The notes: a model not told the origin generated them from the letters alone. Positions 36,223 to 49,752 are shown, numbered from the stretch's first letter. The stretch is 64,000 nt of DNA from Tubiluchus corallicola (GCA_030141605.1 JAQGDQ010000013.1:386447-450446); one strand, 5' to 3'. A program made the numbers and translations.

Positions 36223-39200
36223 ATGAAATTCTTCAGACGCAGACGCATCTACAGCGTCTTGGTTACTGTCATTACTGCATCTGGGCTGTTTATCATCTTT
36301 CAGTTTTTCTCACATCGAACTATTAGCAGGTAACTTACAGATAGCAAAGGAACAGAATATTGATTTCAGAATGTTAATACAGTCAACCTCAGATATAAGG
36401 GACACCTCCGGACTGGAAAAAATCGGCCCTTTTATCTGGTGTCTCTTATTGCCAAAGTTGAGTCAGACCAAGGGTGTATCTAGACCTGTACTTTTCTGTA
36501 CTTTTACCCATATTTTTATGGGTTATTGCTACACATTCAGTGCAAATGGTATGTAGGAAGCTCCTTCAGTGATGCAAGATGTATGTGACTGCGGAAACCG
36601 AGCTGTTCGAATGCTTAGTTTGCAAAAAATTGAGGTTAAAAATCGATCAATTTCTCTTTTATCATAGGGTCCCTTATATGCGAGGTAATTTACCCGGGTT
36701 TCTATTACGCAGACCTGAAGATATCGTCCCTTATAACCGATTGTCCTTATATCTGAGTACCTTATATACGAACATTTTTGTAAGGAAAAACGTTACGAAA
36801 AGTCGGGACGGTACTGATGGTCCCTTATAAGTGAGTACCTTTTACCCGAGGTTCACTGTATGTAGACCCTGTATCTAAATGAATGTGTAAATAATTAGAT
36901 GTTTTAATTTTTTAATGTTTACTTGATTTGGTAAATTTCTATGTTAATTGAAAAGGTATCAGGTATTAGTACTATATTTGAATAAATGGTGGCGTATAAG
37001 CAACTATGTGATGATATTGCCGAACTACTTACAGCCAAAGTATTTATGAGGAAAAAGTAGTCATGTCTGTGAACTTCCTTTTGAAAACTTTCGCTGCACA
37101 AACTGTTTCAATACACGTTTTTCTTGCTCTACGTTGTATAGATGATAAATAATAATTTATGAATGATATTTAGATGTGTAAGTACAGCAGTTTTACAACT
37201 TGATGCTATGTTCATATTTTCTTTATAGTTACAAGTAAAAAAAATCATGCAACATTTTTAGTAAATGCTACTGTTAGGTGATAATACAGGATACTAAATG
37301 CAGTCAGGAATAAGGCTTTTCACAGTTCCAGCAATTGATGATGATTGTGAAAAAGTCAAAGGTTGAGTGTATACTGCATTTGTATATATGCCTGACAACG
37401 TCTCTCAATCCATGTGTTGTAACATTAACAGTTTTAACAGCTACTTAGAACATTGCCTAGTTCAGTTTTTCTTGTTTCCAAGCAAGATCCTGCTAGTAAC
37501 AGATTACGCACAGACTAATGCATAATTATGTAGTCCACGTAAAACAACTGAAGTTACTAACTGATACGGGGACGGCTTTGCTTTACCCACATGTCACGGG
37601 ACGGTTGTACTTAAGACGCGTTGCTGTGGTACACTTTGAGCTTTCACTTACAGCAGCTGCGCATATGCACAACGAAACTGTGAAAAGGCTTATTTGTGAT
37701 ACCTAGTAGGCTAGTATATACTTGTCATTACAGTTATCAGTCACTAAGAGGGCCACATTTTGACAGAGAGATGCCTTCGAAGATGCCAAAGCCTCAACAA
37801 GAACAGAATGAATTAAAGAAGTCTTCTGAAAAGCCGCAAGCACCTCACCAAGAACAGAATGAACTAAAGAAGTCTTCTGAAAAGTCACGAGCATCATCTC
37901 AGTCTCAGCAGCATGTTCTGGGCATTTTAAAAGAACATGAACATTTGTATAATGCTCGGGAGTTTTCGTGTTTCGATGGCAGTAACTCTGTAATGAGCGA
38001 AATGATAAATGATGATTATTGTGACTGCGGCGATGGCAGTGATGAACCGGGGACAGAAGCTTGTAGTGGAACCAGTAGAGGAAGGTTTGTGCATTTCTAT
38101 TTCGCTTGCTGTATTTTACTTGCTGATAGCAGAGATATTTACCAAAATGAAATTTTCGCTTCGGTTTGCCGATAATTGTACTTTCAGTTAAATTTAAGTT
38201 TCGGTGAAATTTATGAAATATCGTAGCTGAAATTTCCGTAGCATTTTTAATTTTTTTAAAGTAAGCCACTCCATCAAGTTTGAGGTTCTATATTATAAAA
38301 CATCCTTGTGTTTTTTATCAGTAATTTTGCATCAGAGCAAATAAAAGCAGACAAACAAAAACAATATTTTACTTATTTTAAAATTATAGTACTAGTTGGT
38401 TTTGCAAAAATGTTTCTGTTTGGTTTCATTTTGGTATTGGTTTCTTATGTTTGTTAATTCAGTTTCGGTAACATCCCTGGCTGTATGACAATTTATTTTG
38501 GGACTGCAAGGATTGACATTAGCTATTAATTGGGAATATTGCTGGTACCTTTAATTTTTAAATCATCCTTCTTCGTGGCAGCGAAGTTTGTTTCATGTTT
38601 GTAAGTTGCTGTTAGTTTGCTCTGACCTCATTCTATTATGCCGAGAAACAAGTGAACATCTTGGACATCGTTCTTGACCTTACTGATCATCATTGCTATC
38701 ACAATACCTTTGTGACTTTTAGGGACAGGTCACGCAACGTGTAAAGCTTGTTAGTACATTAGGTCTGAGCATTGCATAAAACACTTTACTAATGACAGTA
38801 GTTTGTTGTGACTTGCACTAAACCACAGGCCAATAATTATATATATATATATATATACAGAAGAATATTTCAAATGATAAAATTTTCCTATGTGAACAAT
38901 CTCACCCTTAGATGCTGGATAATATGTAGGTAATGTACTGTTTTAGCTTTCGTGTCTGTCTTGCAGTAGCAGCTCGTGTAAAGCTACTGTGGAACTGCAG
39001 CACTCCTGGTTTCACTGGATATTATCGATAATATACAATAAGTTGTTTTTCTTTAGTCCTTTCTTTATAGTTGTACGGAACCTGCAATGTGGCGTTTGAC
39101 TGTTGTGTGCATGCAGGCATGCGCACATGTTTGAGCCCAAGTAGAGAAAGTACTGTCGCTCACACAGTTTGTTGTCAGTTGTCACGTGCTTACCGTGAAC

Positions 39201-42200
39201 GGATCAAGCTTGAAATGCGACAATTTAGGCTGTTAGGATTTAGGATTTTATCAAGTTTATGTATAAATTTTTGTATCTTTGTTCGTTTAAAAGTACAATT
39301 ACAAATTAAATTATTAAAATTAGATATGTTTGTTTCATTTCACATGGTTTTAACAATGGCTGAAAATTTTCTGGAACAACGCCTCCACTAATTTCAGCCA
39401 CCACTGTTGGAAAGTGATTATACGATAATGATTACCCTGCTGTCTTGATTATACGTTTACATTGCAAGGAATTTTCGCAGTTAAATTATATCAAGCTCAC
39501 CTTTTCACTATATGTTTCTATAATTAATGTTATAGAATGCAATGTGCTCATATTTCATTTCACTGTCAGTGATTGTATGCTTCCATTCAGGTTTTATTGC
39601 ACATATCAATTTTCTGGACGTCCTCCATATTCTGTACTCAGCAGCAGAGTGAATGATGGAATTTGTGATTGCTGTGATGGATCTGATGAATGGAAAGATT
39701 TTAGACTGCCTAATCGAGCTGTTTTATCTGGTATTCATGTTTAGCTGGCTTCCAGTAATTGCCCTGTGACATTTTAGAATTTTATGTAATAAAATAAGAT
39801 TCGTAATACCGGGAAGGTCAAAAGTTAATTTTGTAGCTTTCTATTATGATAGTACTGTAACGGGAGGAACATTGCTCAGTGTTTAACCTTCATTTACTTT
39901 ATTCTTTTACTTTTTACAATAAATTATATAGAACTTTCTGTTATTTGTTGAAGTTATAAAGTTATAAATTTTATGAAATCCTAATTCTGTTAGAATGGTA
40001 TTTGCATAATAGAAGAAGATGCACTTTGCTAAAGGATGTTGTATCTTAAAATGTGGTTTCAGTCATTCTAAAGTAAAGTTAAACATGTGTAGTAAGATGG
40101 AAATACATATGCAAGTGGTGTGTCATAAGAAACTAGCGTGAAAGTTTCCCATATTGCTGTGTTGTTTGTTTCTCATAAACCTTCGTCGTGTCAAGTTGGA
40201 ACCCTGCCAACATTTACTCTGCCTACTTCTATATCTTGCACTTTAATTTTGTAACATTTTGTGTTTGGACAAAACAGTTATGCAGCACTTCATCTTGAAT
40301 TTTCATTATTGTTGATTGAGTGATTTTGATAGCAATTATTAAAATATACTAATATTTGACATGAAAACCATAAGATTTGTTACTAAACGCCCTACTTGTC
40401 AGTTGCTTAGCATGTGTATGTTTTTCCTGTTGATTATGTCACGTAATTTATATACAGTCAAACCGCGTTATACCGACAGCCCCCCTCCTCTCCCGCTTAT
40501 ACTGCCAAACTTGATTACCACTTGCAAAATGGCCAGGAACAAAATGGCTGTATTAAACTGCATATAAAAATAACCTGTTATACTGCCACCCGTTTCCCGC
40601 CAGGCAAATTAATATAATGTTCAATGGGGAAATGCCACCAGCAGTCTCAATCACCAGCCGCTTCATGATATAATGCCAACTGTACGAGGCTATCATACAC
40701 TCTGCTGAATCGCTGACACTGGCCTGACGTCACGCTGTACTGTACATTGTACATTCACAATAGTAAACGATTAATAACTCTGATATTATAGTCGATGCAC
40801 CACACAGTCATAATAGCAACTAACAAGAAAACACATGATTCTTTTTTTGCCACAAGAAATGTGATAGTTACTTGTTTTCTAAAAATCTTTCAAGCAAATT
40901 CCAGCAAGAAATTTGTAGTTATGACTTGACCTTTTTTACGTATACATGTTTAGTGGAGCAGTAGGCCACCTGTCTATTATTATAGCCGAGTACAAGTCAC
41001 ATTTACTGTGTAAACAGAATGTTCTTGATAAATATGATTGATTTTGAGTGAGTGATTAATTCACAAATGATTAATTTAATAATTTGCTTTTAATTCATTA
41101 ACCTTTAGAGTGAAAATTCAGGACTCAGACCTGTGTACGCTTGTCTGACTGTTTTGTGATTCGTCAATGGCAAAATTTAACGCACATCGTTATAACGCCA
41201 ACCTCGCTGTAATGTTATTTTTTCCACTTCCCAAAGTGGGTGGTATAAAGATGTTTCACTGTACAATATTTTGATCTGTTGCTTATTTATCTACAGTGAA
41301 GGAGCAACACAGATTGAACAGATATCAAACTCCTTGCTTTAATTACTGTGATAAAGTCTTGGTGAAGCAGGAAAATGAAAAACAGATCAGAGAGAAGGCG
41401 CTTGAAATAAAGAAACTTTACTTAGCTGAAGGACATGCCTATGCTGGCACAAACGTGAGTACTTCGGTTTACGTCTAGTTGGATATGTTATCATTGTGTT
41501 TAAACTAGAGAAACAATACATAGAGGCTGGAGCTGATTCAGTTGCTACTACATCAGCTGACTCACACAGTAAATCAGCTAGCTCGGCTGAATCTGAGTCA
41601 TTTGCTACTACATCAGCTGACTCACACAGTAAGTCAGCTAGCTCGTGGTGGTGTTGTTGTGTTTGTGTTGAAGGAGTCAGTTGCTCTACATCAGCTGACT
41701 CCACAGTAATCAGTGTTGGTGTTGTTTGTGCTCCCAGTAAATCAGCTAGCTCGCTGAAGTTGAGTCAGTTGCTACTACATCAGCTGACTCACACAGTAAA
41801 TCAGCTAGCTCGGCTGAAGCTGAGTCAGTTGCTACTACATCAGCTGACTCACACAGTAAATCAGCTAGCTCGGCTGAAGCTGAGTCAGTTGCTACTACAT
41901 CAGCTGACTCACACAGTAAATCAGCTAGCTCGGCTGAAGCTGAGTCAGTTGCTACTACATCAGCTGACTCACACAGTAAATCAGCTAGCTCGGCTGAGGT
42001 TGACTGACTTTTCAGCTGAGTTGGCTTAAAGAAAAAATCAGCTAAGTCAGCTAAAGCTACGAATTTTTGTTAACTAAATAAATGATAAATTGTTAGTTAA
42101 CTGTTAAATTATGGAGACAATTTTTTTAAATAATTCATGTTGCTTATACACAGAGGAAAGCTGATGTACAAATTCAAATAATGCATTAGAGATCAATTTT

Positions 42201-45200
42201 TATTATTATTATAAAAAAGCAATGGATTTATTGCAAATTTAATTTAAAAGAAACCCGGTTGATTATGTAAACATGAGTTCAGAATAAAGAATGCTCTAAA
42301 ATATTGAAAACTACAATAGCTTTTTTAATCAAAACTTAGATTAAATGATAATTACCTCGGATACTCAAATTTCGTTAAACTTTCAAAACTATGCATGGCG
42401 CAGTGAATCTACTAAGATTGGCAACGGTGCCATGCTCACATGCGCTTGGCCGACAAATAGAAGGTGGCACCATGATAACCATGATCATGAACTGCAGTGT
42501 TAGTTTTTGACGTCGTATGATGTAGAGCCCATTTTTCGTGACATCATGCTTTTATGCAGTACTGTAACACTTACACAAACATGCTTGATGTGCAAGGGAA
42601 GATGCCTGCCATTGCACACACTGTGTTTAGTTTCTGACATAAGCAATAGCTGTGCTCAGTTGCCGTCAATTAAGTTTCTAGGCTAATTATTCAAATATAA
42701 GAAACAATTGCTAACTTTTGTAGGCAAGAAACGTATAGTTTGGATAGTAAATTAAAATTAGATTGAGTATTCGGTCTCAAAACAATCATTCGGTTTTCCT
42801 TTAAATCCAACTCCTTGCGAGGCTTGTCCGCCAACGAATCAATTCCAAAACACCAAAATGATTCCATACGTGTGACTAGCGTTGCGTATTTAATTTTGAA
42901 TTGACCAGTTTTCTTGTTCAAAAATTTCTGAAGTTTATTATCTCTGCCTGCACACGTACAATAATATGACACGTGACCGCGAATTCGCGATTTGTTTGCC
43001 ATATTTCAACCAGAAACTTGCAGTGTCACGTGATTGTTGCAAAAGCGAAAAACTTCACAGCCCATGAGCAAAAATGTCGGCTAGCTCGACTCCATCACTG
43101 AGCGGCTGGTGCGACTAAAGCTGGGTTTTTTATCGGCTAGGTCGACTGTAGAAATAAACCCGCTGGAGCTCAGCTGAAACGGCGCAGCTCTGGGCTCTAA
43201 CAATACAACATTTGCTAAGAAGCATAAATGCGTATCTTAATCTTACTTTCTTGTGAATAAATAAATTTGCACACGATGAATGTTGGTGTTTGAATTGCAC
43301 TGCACCAAATTTATGTTCCAACTTTCAAATATTTCAACAAAGATGCCTGACAAAATAAACAAGATTGTAATGGCAGAAATTGCAGAGGCATGTCCAAGAT
43401 GTTTATGTAACACGTTACCTGTTGTGTTCTGTTTTCGTTCTCATGTTTTAGGTATTTTGCACATTTTTCTGCAATTTCTTCCATTACAACTTAGTTTATT
43501 TTGATAAGTTAAATTCTAATCTGTTGCTTTGTAATGTGGGTTGTGCCTTTGTATCATTAATGTATTATTTATTTTTCTTTTTGGCTTCATTTACAGTCTG
43601 ATAATGGCGTCATCAGCAGAAACAATAGTCGCTCAATAAACATGTTGGTAGAAAAGTAAAAGTTTACGAAATTTTAATGTCAGCATTAGGGTAACAATAA
43701 CAGTTGCTGTTTTTTTTTGTAGATTTATGGTGAGCAAGGCGAGTTCTACAAACTCAGTAAAATGTGTTTTAATATTAGTCGTGATCATTTTGTCTACAAG
43801 CTTTGCCCATTTAGTCACGTTGACCAAGTAACTTTCACACATGGTACTCTACAGATCGGAAAGAATGGTAACCTTGTTAAAGATGCTCATCTCAATTCAT
43901 ATGTCTTAGTGATGATGGGTGGCACCTCTGTCGGATGCCCTTCTTCAGTTTCAAGAAAAGCTCGGGTAAACTTTCGATGCAGATCTTAGTTATTTATGAT
44001 GCAGTTGTTGATAATCATCTAATCGTCCTAGTGTTTTTTACGACTAGTACAGCCTAGCACAAGTCTACTCACAATAGCAGTGGGCGGAACACCACTAGTA
44101 CAGCCTGGTACGAGTCTACTCACAATAGCAGTGGGGGGAACACCACTAGTACAGCCTAGTACGAGTCTACTCACAGTAGCAGTGGGCAGAACACCACTAG
44201 TACAGCCTGGTACGAGTCTACTCACAATAGCAGTAGGTGGAACACCACTAGTACAGCCTAGCACAAGTCTACTCACAATAGCAGTGGGCGGAACACCACT
44301 AGTACAGCCTAGTACGAGTCTACTCACAATAGCAGTGGGTGGAACACCACTAGTACAGCCTAGTAGGAGTCTACACACAATAGCAGTGGGTGGAACACCA
44401 CTAGTACAGCCTAGTACGAGTCTACTCACAAAAGCAGTGGGTGGAACACCACTAGTACAGCCTAGTAGGAGTCTACACACAATAGCAGTGGGTGGAACAC
44501 CACTAGTACAGCCTAGTACGAGTCTACTCACAAAAGCAGTGGGTGGAACACCACTAGTACAGCCTAGTGCCAGTCTACTCACAATAGCAGTGGGTGGAAC
44601 ACCACTAGTACAGCCTAGTACGAGTCTACTCACAATAGCAGTAGGTGGAACACCACTAGTACAGCCTAGCACAAGTCTACTCACAATAGCAGTGGGCGGA
44701 ACACCACTAGTACAGCCTAGTACGAGTCTACCCACAATAGCAGTGGGTGGAACACCACTAGTACAGCCTAGTAGGAGTCTACACACAATAGCAGTGGGTG
44801 GAACACCACTAGTACAGCCTAGTACGAGTCTACTCACAAAAGCAGTGGGTGGAACACCACTAGTACAGCCTAGTGCCAGTCTACTCACAATAGCAGTGGG
44901 TGGAACACCACTAGTACAGCCTAGTACGAGTCTACTCACAAAAGCAGTGGGTGGAACACCACTAGTACAGCCTAGTGCCAGTCTACTCACAATAGCAGTG
45001 GGTGGAACACCACTAGTACAGCCTAGTATGCGTCTACTCACAATAGCAGTGGGTGGAACACCACTAGTACAGCCTAGTATGCGTCTACCCACAATAGCAG
45101 TGGGTGGAACACCACTAGTTTAGCCTAGTACGAGTCTACTCACAATAGCAGTGGGTGGAACACCACTAGTACAGCCTAGTACGAGTCTACCCACAGTAGC

Positions 45201-47371
45201 AGTGGGCGGAACACCACTAGTACCGCCTAGTACGAGTCTACTCACAATAGCAGTGAGCGGAACACCACTAGTACAGCCTAGTACGAGTCTACCCACAGTA
45301 GCAGTGGGCGGAACACCACTAGTACAGCCTAGTATGAGTCTACTCACAATAGCAGTGAGCGGAACACCACTAGTACAGCCTAGTACGAGTCTACCCACAG
45401 TAGCAGTGGGCGGAACACCACTAGTACAGCCTAGTATGAGTCTACTCACAATAGCAGTGAGCGGAACACCACTAGTATAGTCTAGTACGAGTCTACTCAC
45501 AATAGCAGTGGGTGGAACACCACTAGTACAGCCTAGTAGGAGTCTACTCACAATAGCAGTGGGTGGAACACCACTAGTACAGCCTAGTATGAGTCTATTC
45601 ACAATAGCAGTGGGTGGAACACCACTAGTACAGCCTAGTAGGAGTCTATTCACAATAGCAGTGGGTGGAACACCACAAGTACAACCTAGTACGAGTCTAC
45701 TCACAATAGCAGTGAGTGGAACACCACTAGTATAGCCTAGTACGAGTCTACTCACAATAGCAGTGGGTGGAACACCACTAGTACAGCCTAGTACGAGTCT
45801 ACCCACAGTAGCAGTGGGCGGAACACCACTAGTACAGCCTAGTACGAGTCTACTCACAATAGCCGTGAGCGGAACACCACTAGTACAGCCTAATATGAGT
45901 CTACTCACAATAGCAGTGAGCCGAACACCACTAGTATAGCCTAGTACGAGTCTACTCACAATAGCAGTGGGTGAAACACCACTAGTACGGCCTAGTACGA
46001 GTCTACTCACAATAGCAGTGGGCGGAACACCACTAGTACGAGTCTACTCAGAATAGCAGTGGGCGGAGCACCACTAGTACAGCCTAGTACGAGTCTACTC
46101 AGAATAGCAGTGGGCGGAGCACCACTAGTACAACCTAGTACGAGTCTACTCACAATAGCAGTGGGCAGAACACCACAAATACAGCATAGTACGAGTCTAC
46201 TCACAGTAGGCAGTGAACGTGTTAATTTCATTTTCATTCTTTGTTCCATTTTTTGAAGCTTTATAATCAATTTTCCGAAGATTACGTGCGACGCTTTATG
46301 CTGACGTATTTTTACATGTAGTGATGGAGGCACCAAAAACGTAACAGAAACAAATTAAATTTTCATCTATGTATGTGCAAGGAATGTAAAAAATGAAAGA
46401 TGGTACAAGTTAGTTATTTCTAATGCAGCTGTATAGGCTAACAGGCAGAAACACATTCACTCAGGCAACTTAAAATCAGTAACTAATAAGATGTCGAAAA
46501 ACCGGTACACAAAGTAGGTTTTTAGCTGTTTGGCAAGCAGTTTGATTTATTTTTCCTTGAATTTAGCCTCAGAATTACAGTCAAACCTCTTTATACTGCC
46601 CACTTTGGGATGGGAAGAAAGATGGAGTCGTCATAGCGAGTTCAGTGTTATGATGACGTACGTTAAATTTTGGTATAGACATATCACAGAACAATCAGAC
46701 AACAGTCCTCAATTTTACTCTAAAAGTTAATGAATTTAAAGAAGATTATTTACATAATAAACGAGTCTTATACTCAACTATATACATGTAATAGACTGTA
46801 GGCCTACTGCTCCACTAATATGTAAAAAAAGGTTAAGTCATAACTAGAAAATTCTTGCTGGGATTTGCTTGGATGATTCTTAGAAAACATGCAAGTCTCG
46901 CATTTCTTGTGGTAAAAATAGAACCATGTGTTTTCTTGTCAGTTGCTGTTATGACTGTGTGGCGCATTGACTATAATATCGGAGCAATTAATCCTTTACA
47001 ATTGTTATTGTACGATGTACAGTACAGCTTGAAAACAATAGAACCATGATAACTTGCATTATTTTACTGAAGTCTGGTCAGTGTCTATGACCCAGCGGAG
47101 GGTATAGCTGCCTCGTACAGCAGACATTATATCAAGGTCGCTGGCGGGATTTTCCCATTTGAATACATATATTTCCCTGATGGATGATGGGTATTGGGAG
47201 GCAGTATGGGTTATCTTTAAATGTAGTTTAACACAGCCATTTTGTTTCTGCATAATAAGTTTATATTTGTAGGTGATATTTGAATGTGGTCTAGAAGATC
47301 GGATATTGAACGTTAGTGAAGATCAAAAGTGCACCTATGTGTTCTACATGTCATCACCAGCCGCTTGCTGA
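36223..47371 (+). CDS. Glucosidase II beta subunit (PRKCSH)-like protein: signal anchor, LDLa-like PRKCSH domain, short coiled coil, MRH domain; about 365 aa
   Basis: Exons 36223-36329 (MKFFRRRR + hydrophobic segment), 37734-38084 (FSCFDGS...[20 protein letters not shown]), 39591-39730 (FYC...[17 protein letters not shown]), 41297-41454, 43723-43965 ([12 protein letters not shown]...[11 protein letters not shown]), 47273-47371 (CG...VSEDQKCTY...SPAAC*). Total 1098 nt with consistent phases. Confidence 0.9.
36380..36858. mobile_element. Tc1/pogo-like MITE
   Basis: TA-CAGTCAACCTC ... GAGGTTCACTG-TA, with repeated subterminal GTCCCTTATA motifs. Confidence 0.75.
37314..37689. mobile_element. PIF/Harbinger-like (Tourist-type) MITE
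   Basis: TAA-GGCTTTTCACAGTT ... AACTGTGAAAAGGC-TTA; TWA flanks; three copies in the window. Confidence 0.75.
38964..39406. mobile_element. hAT-like MITE, family of 21111-21720
   Basis: Starts CAGTAGCAGCTCGT, ends CCACTG; near-identical core TAGAGAAAGTACTGTCGCTCACACAGTTTG.TGTCAGTTGTCACGTGCTT. Confidence 0.72.
40455..41261. mobile_element. Tc1/pogo-like MITE
   Basis: TA-CAGTCAAACCGCGTTATACC ... GGTATAAAGATGTTTCACTG-TA. Related ends recur at about 46578 and 55955. Confidence 0.65.
41521..43199. mobile_element. Non-autonomous hAT-like element with a subterminal 60 bp tandem array (about 8 units)
   Basis: Ends TAGAGGCTGGAGCTG / CAGCTCTGGGCTCTA; perfect 8 bp TSD ACAATACA (41513-41520, 43200-43207); inverted relative at 56565-58309. 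Confidence 0.85.
44043..46207. repeat. 51 bp satellite, about 42 units, intronic
   Basis: Unit ACTAGTACAGCCTAGTACGAGTCTACTCACAATAGCAGTGGGTGGAACACC, highly homogeneous. Confidence 0.97.
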
Positions 47372-47831
47372 CAACTGAGATGCCTTCAAAGACCATCTGA
47401 CGAGTCTAAGTGATACATTCTTAAGACTCATATAGACTTTTTATACGACTTCGAAAACGTTAACGAACAACTAATGTAAATATTGTTACAGTTCATTATA
47501 CCAAGAAGTGCATTCTGGACTGGCCTATTGCAAAATAGGTCTTTCATTTTTATATATAAGGAGAAGAAAAAGAAGTATTTTCTATAATGAAACCACAATG
47601 AACTGTAAATGTTGAGTTTGGAACAGTTCACCTGCATTTATTTTTTAATACCTTTTGCAAAGTGGAAAATAAAAACGGTACGTGGTAGCAGAGTAATCAG
47701 ATCTATTTTAAGCCCAAGAATGTTATACTAATGAAATATCATATTTACGTTGCCACAAACTAAGTTGCCGTTTCCACAGTTATTTTAATGGATAAAGAAA
47801 GTTCAAGTTTTTTTATTTCTTTACTGCATAC

Positions 47832-48295
47832 TACTGTTGCTCCGGATATCCGATTCGTATCCGAAAATGGTGATATTTGTGAAATTCTACAAGTATTTGT
47901 ATCCAATATTATCCGGTAGTTATAAAAATTTGATATTCGAAAATACTTGCTATCCGGTTTTTGTAATGTGCAATTGAAAACGGTTTTCGAATAATTTAAC
48001 AGCCGAAAATAACTAAATAAAATATTACCAAAAAACTTAGAGATTGTTTTAGCCTATGTTTGTGTTTTCAAAACGAAAATTTTACACACATTTTTTTCGT
48101 TTGTGTATGATGTATACGGTGTATCTTCGGGGTTGGTCCTTTGAGATGATAGTCTTTTTTGACAGACTAAATGAAAACGCTAAAGTTTGCAAACATTTAC
48201 TAATTTTTGATTATCCGAACCGATCCACATATTTGATCCGAATTTAGCATCCGGTATTCGCTATCCGGCAAAAAAGTGTATCCTGAGCAACACTA
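47832..48295. mobile_element. hAT-like MITE
   Basis: TIRs TACTGTTGCTCCGGATA / TATCCTGAGCAACACTA; perfect 8 bp TSD CTGCATAC; many subterminal ATCCG motifs. Confidence 0.85.
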
Positions 48296-48598
48296 CTGCA
48301 TACAGCAATCAATACTGTGATAGAGGTCTACAGTTTTTGTCACATGAGTGACATGAGTTTGGTTGTTGTTCTGTTAAAGCCAAGTTTATTTATGTGAAAA
48401 TCCGCAAAATCTACATACTGTTATTCATAAAAACGGGCACAACATACGAGTCGTCTAAACATTTTGTTATCTTTACATATACTTTTCATTATTTTTTAAT
48501 TTTTTGGCACTAAAAGTGATTAAAGACTTGTATTAATAAAGAGGTTGTTTTTCTGTATCATAAATACTGAAGTGGTTTACTTTATGAGATTTTAGTAA

Positions 48599-49050
48599 GG
48601 CTTTTCTCAGTTCCAGCGATCCATGATGATCATCAAAGGTCAAAGGTTAAGTGTACCAGACAATGCATTTGTGTACACTTGACAAAGCCTCGCAGCTAAT
48701 GCTGTGGTAATAGTAAGAGTTCACAGGTTAAGTGTACCAGACAACGCATTTGTGTACACTTGGACAAAGCCTCGCAGCCAATGCTGTGGTAATAGTAAGA
48801 GTTTTAACGGCTAGCTAGAACCTTGCCTAGTTTACTTTTTCTTATTCTCAAGCAAGATCCTGCTAGTAAATTACTCGATACACACACTAATGCACAATTA
48901 AGTAGAGTCCATGTAAAACACCGACGTTAGCAGACAGCCTTGCTTTATCCACATGTCACGTGAGGTTTGTAGTTAAGATGCATTGTTATGGTACACTTAA
49001 TCTTTGACCTATAGCAACTGCACTTGCACATAGCGAAATTGTGAAAAGGC
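48599..49050. mobile_element. PIF/Harbinger-like MITE with an internal ~80 bp tandem duplication
   Basis: TAA-GGCTTTTCTCAGTTCC ... AATTGTGAAAAGGC-TTA; AGGTTAAGTGTACCAGACAA...GTAATAGTAAGAGTTT occurs twice. Confidence 0.75.
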
Positions 49051-49296
49051 TTATTGTCATTCTTCAATTGTGAATTTCTTTTGATGAAAAATTTAACAGA
49101 AGCTCAATGTGGCAAAATATGAAAAATTTAATCACTATGATGCGTAACTTTCACTGTAACGAAATGCACCGTTCACAAGCACTAAAAATCTTCCAAAATA
49201 AATGCAAAATAAAGTTTTTCAAGATAGAATCTATAATCGATGCATTTATCTTCCTAAGACTCCAGCAGGCACCTGGTTGCATCATGCTAAGATGCC

Positions 49297-49697
49297 TACG
49301 GTCGATGTAGAATCTCTAGTCGATACATTTACGTTGATAAAACCCCAACAGGTACCTGATGGGGATTGCATCACGGTCGATGTAGAATCTATAGTCGATA
49401 CATTTATGCTGATAAAACTCCAACAGGTACCTGATGGGGATTGCATCACGGTCGATGTAGAATCTCTAGTCGATACATTTATGTTGATAAAACTCCAACA
49501 GGTACCTGATGGGGATTGCATCACGGTCGATGTAGAATCTATAGTCGATACATTTATGTTGATAAAACTCCAACAGGTACCTGATGGGGATTGCATCACG
49601 GTCGATGTAGAATCTCTAGTCGATACATTTATGTTGATAAAACTCCAACAGGTACCTGATGGGGATTGCATCATACTGAGATGCCTATGGTCGATGT
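49297..49697. repeat. 75 bp tandem repeat, about 5 units, just downstream of the METTL13 stop
   Basis: GGTCGATGTAGAATCT(C/A)TAGTCGATAC... recurs every 75 bp from 49300. Confidence 0.93.
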
Positions 49698-49752
49698 ATG
49701 TGAAAACAGCTTTTTTATTATTTTATCATGAAAAATCAAGTTTGTTCAAGTA

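Noticed and set aside
44028-46336. Long ORFs (up to 354 aa) on both strands with 17 aa repeats
   Set aside because: Translation of the 51 bp satellite inside an intron; sporadic stops and no unique domain.
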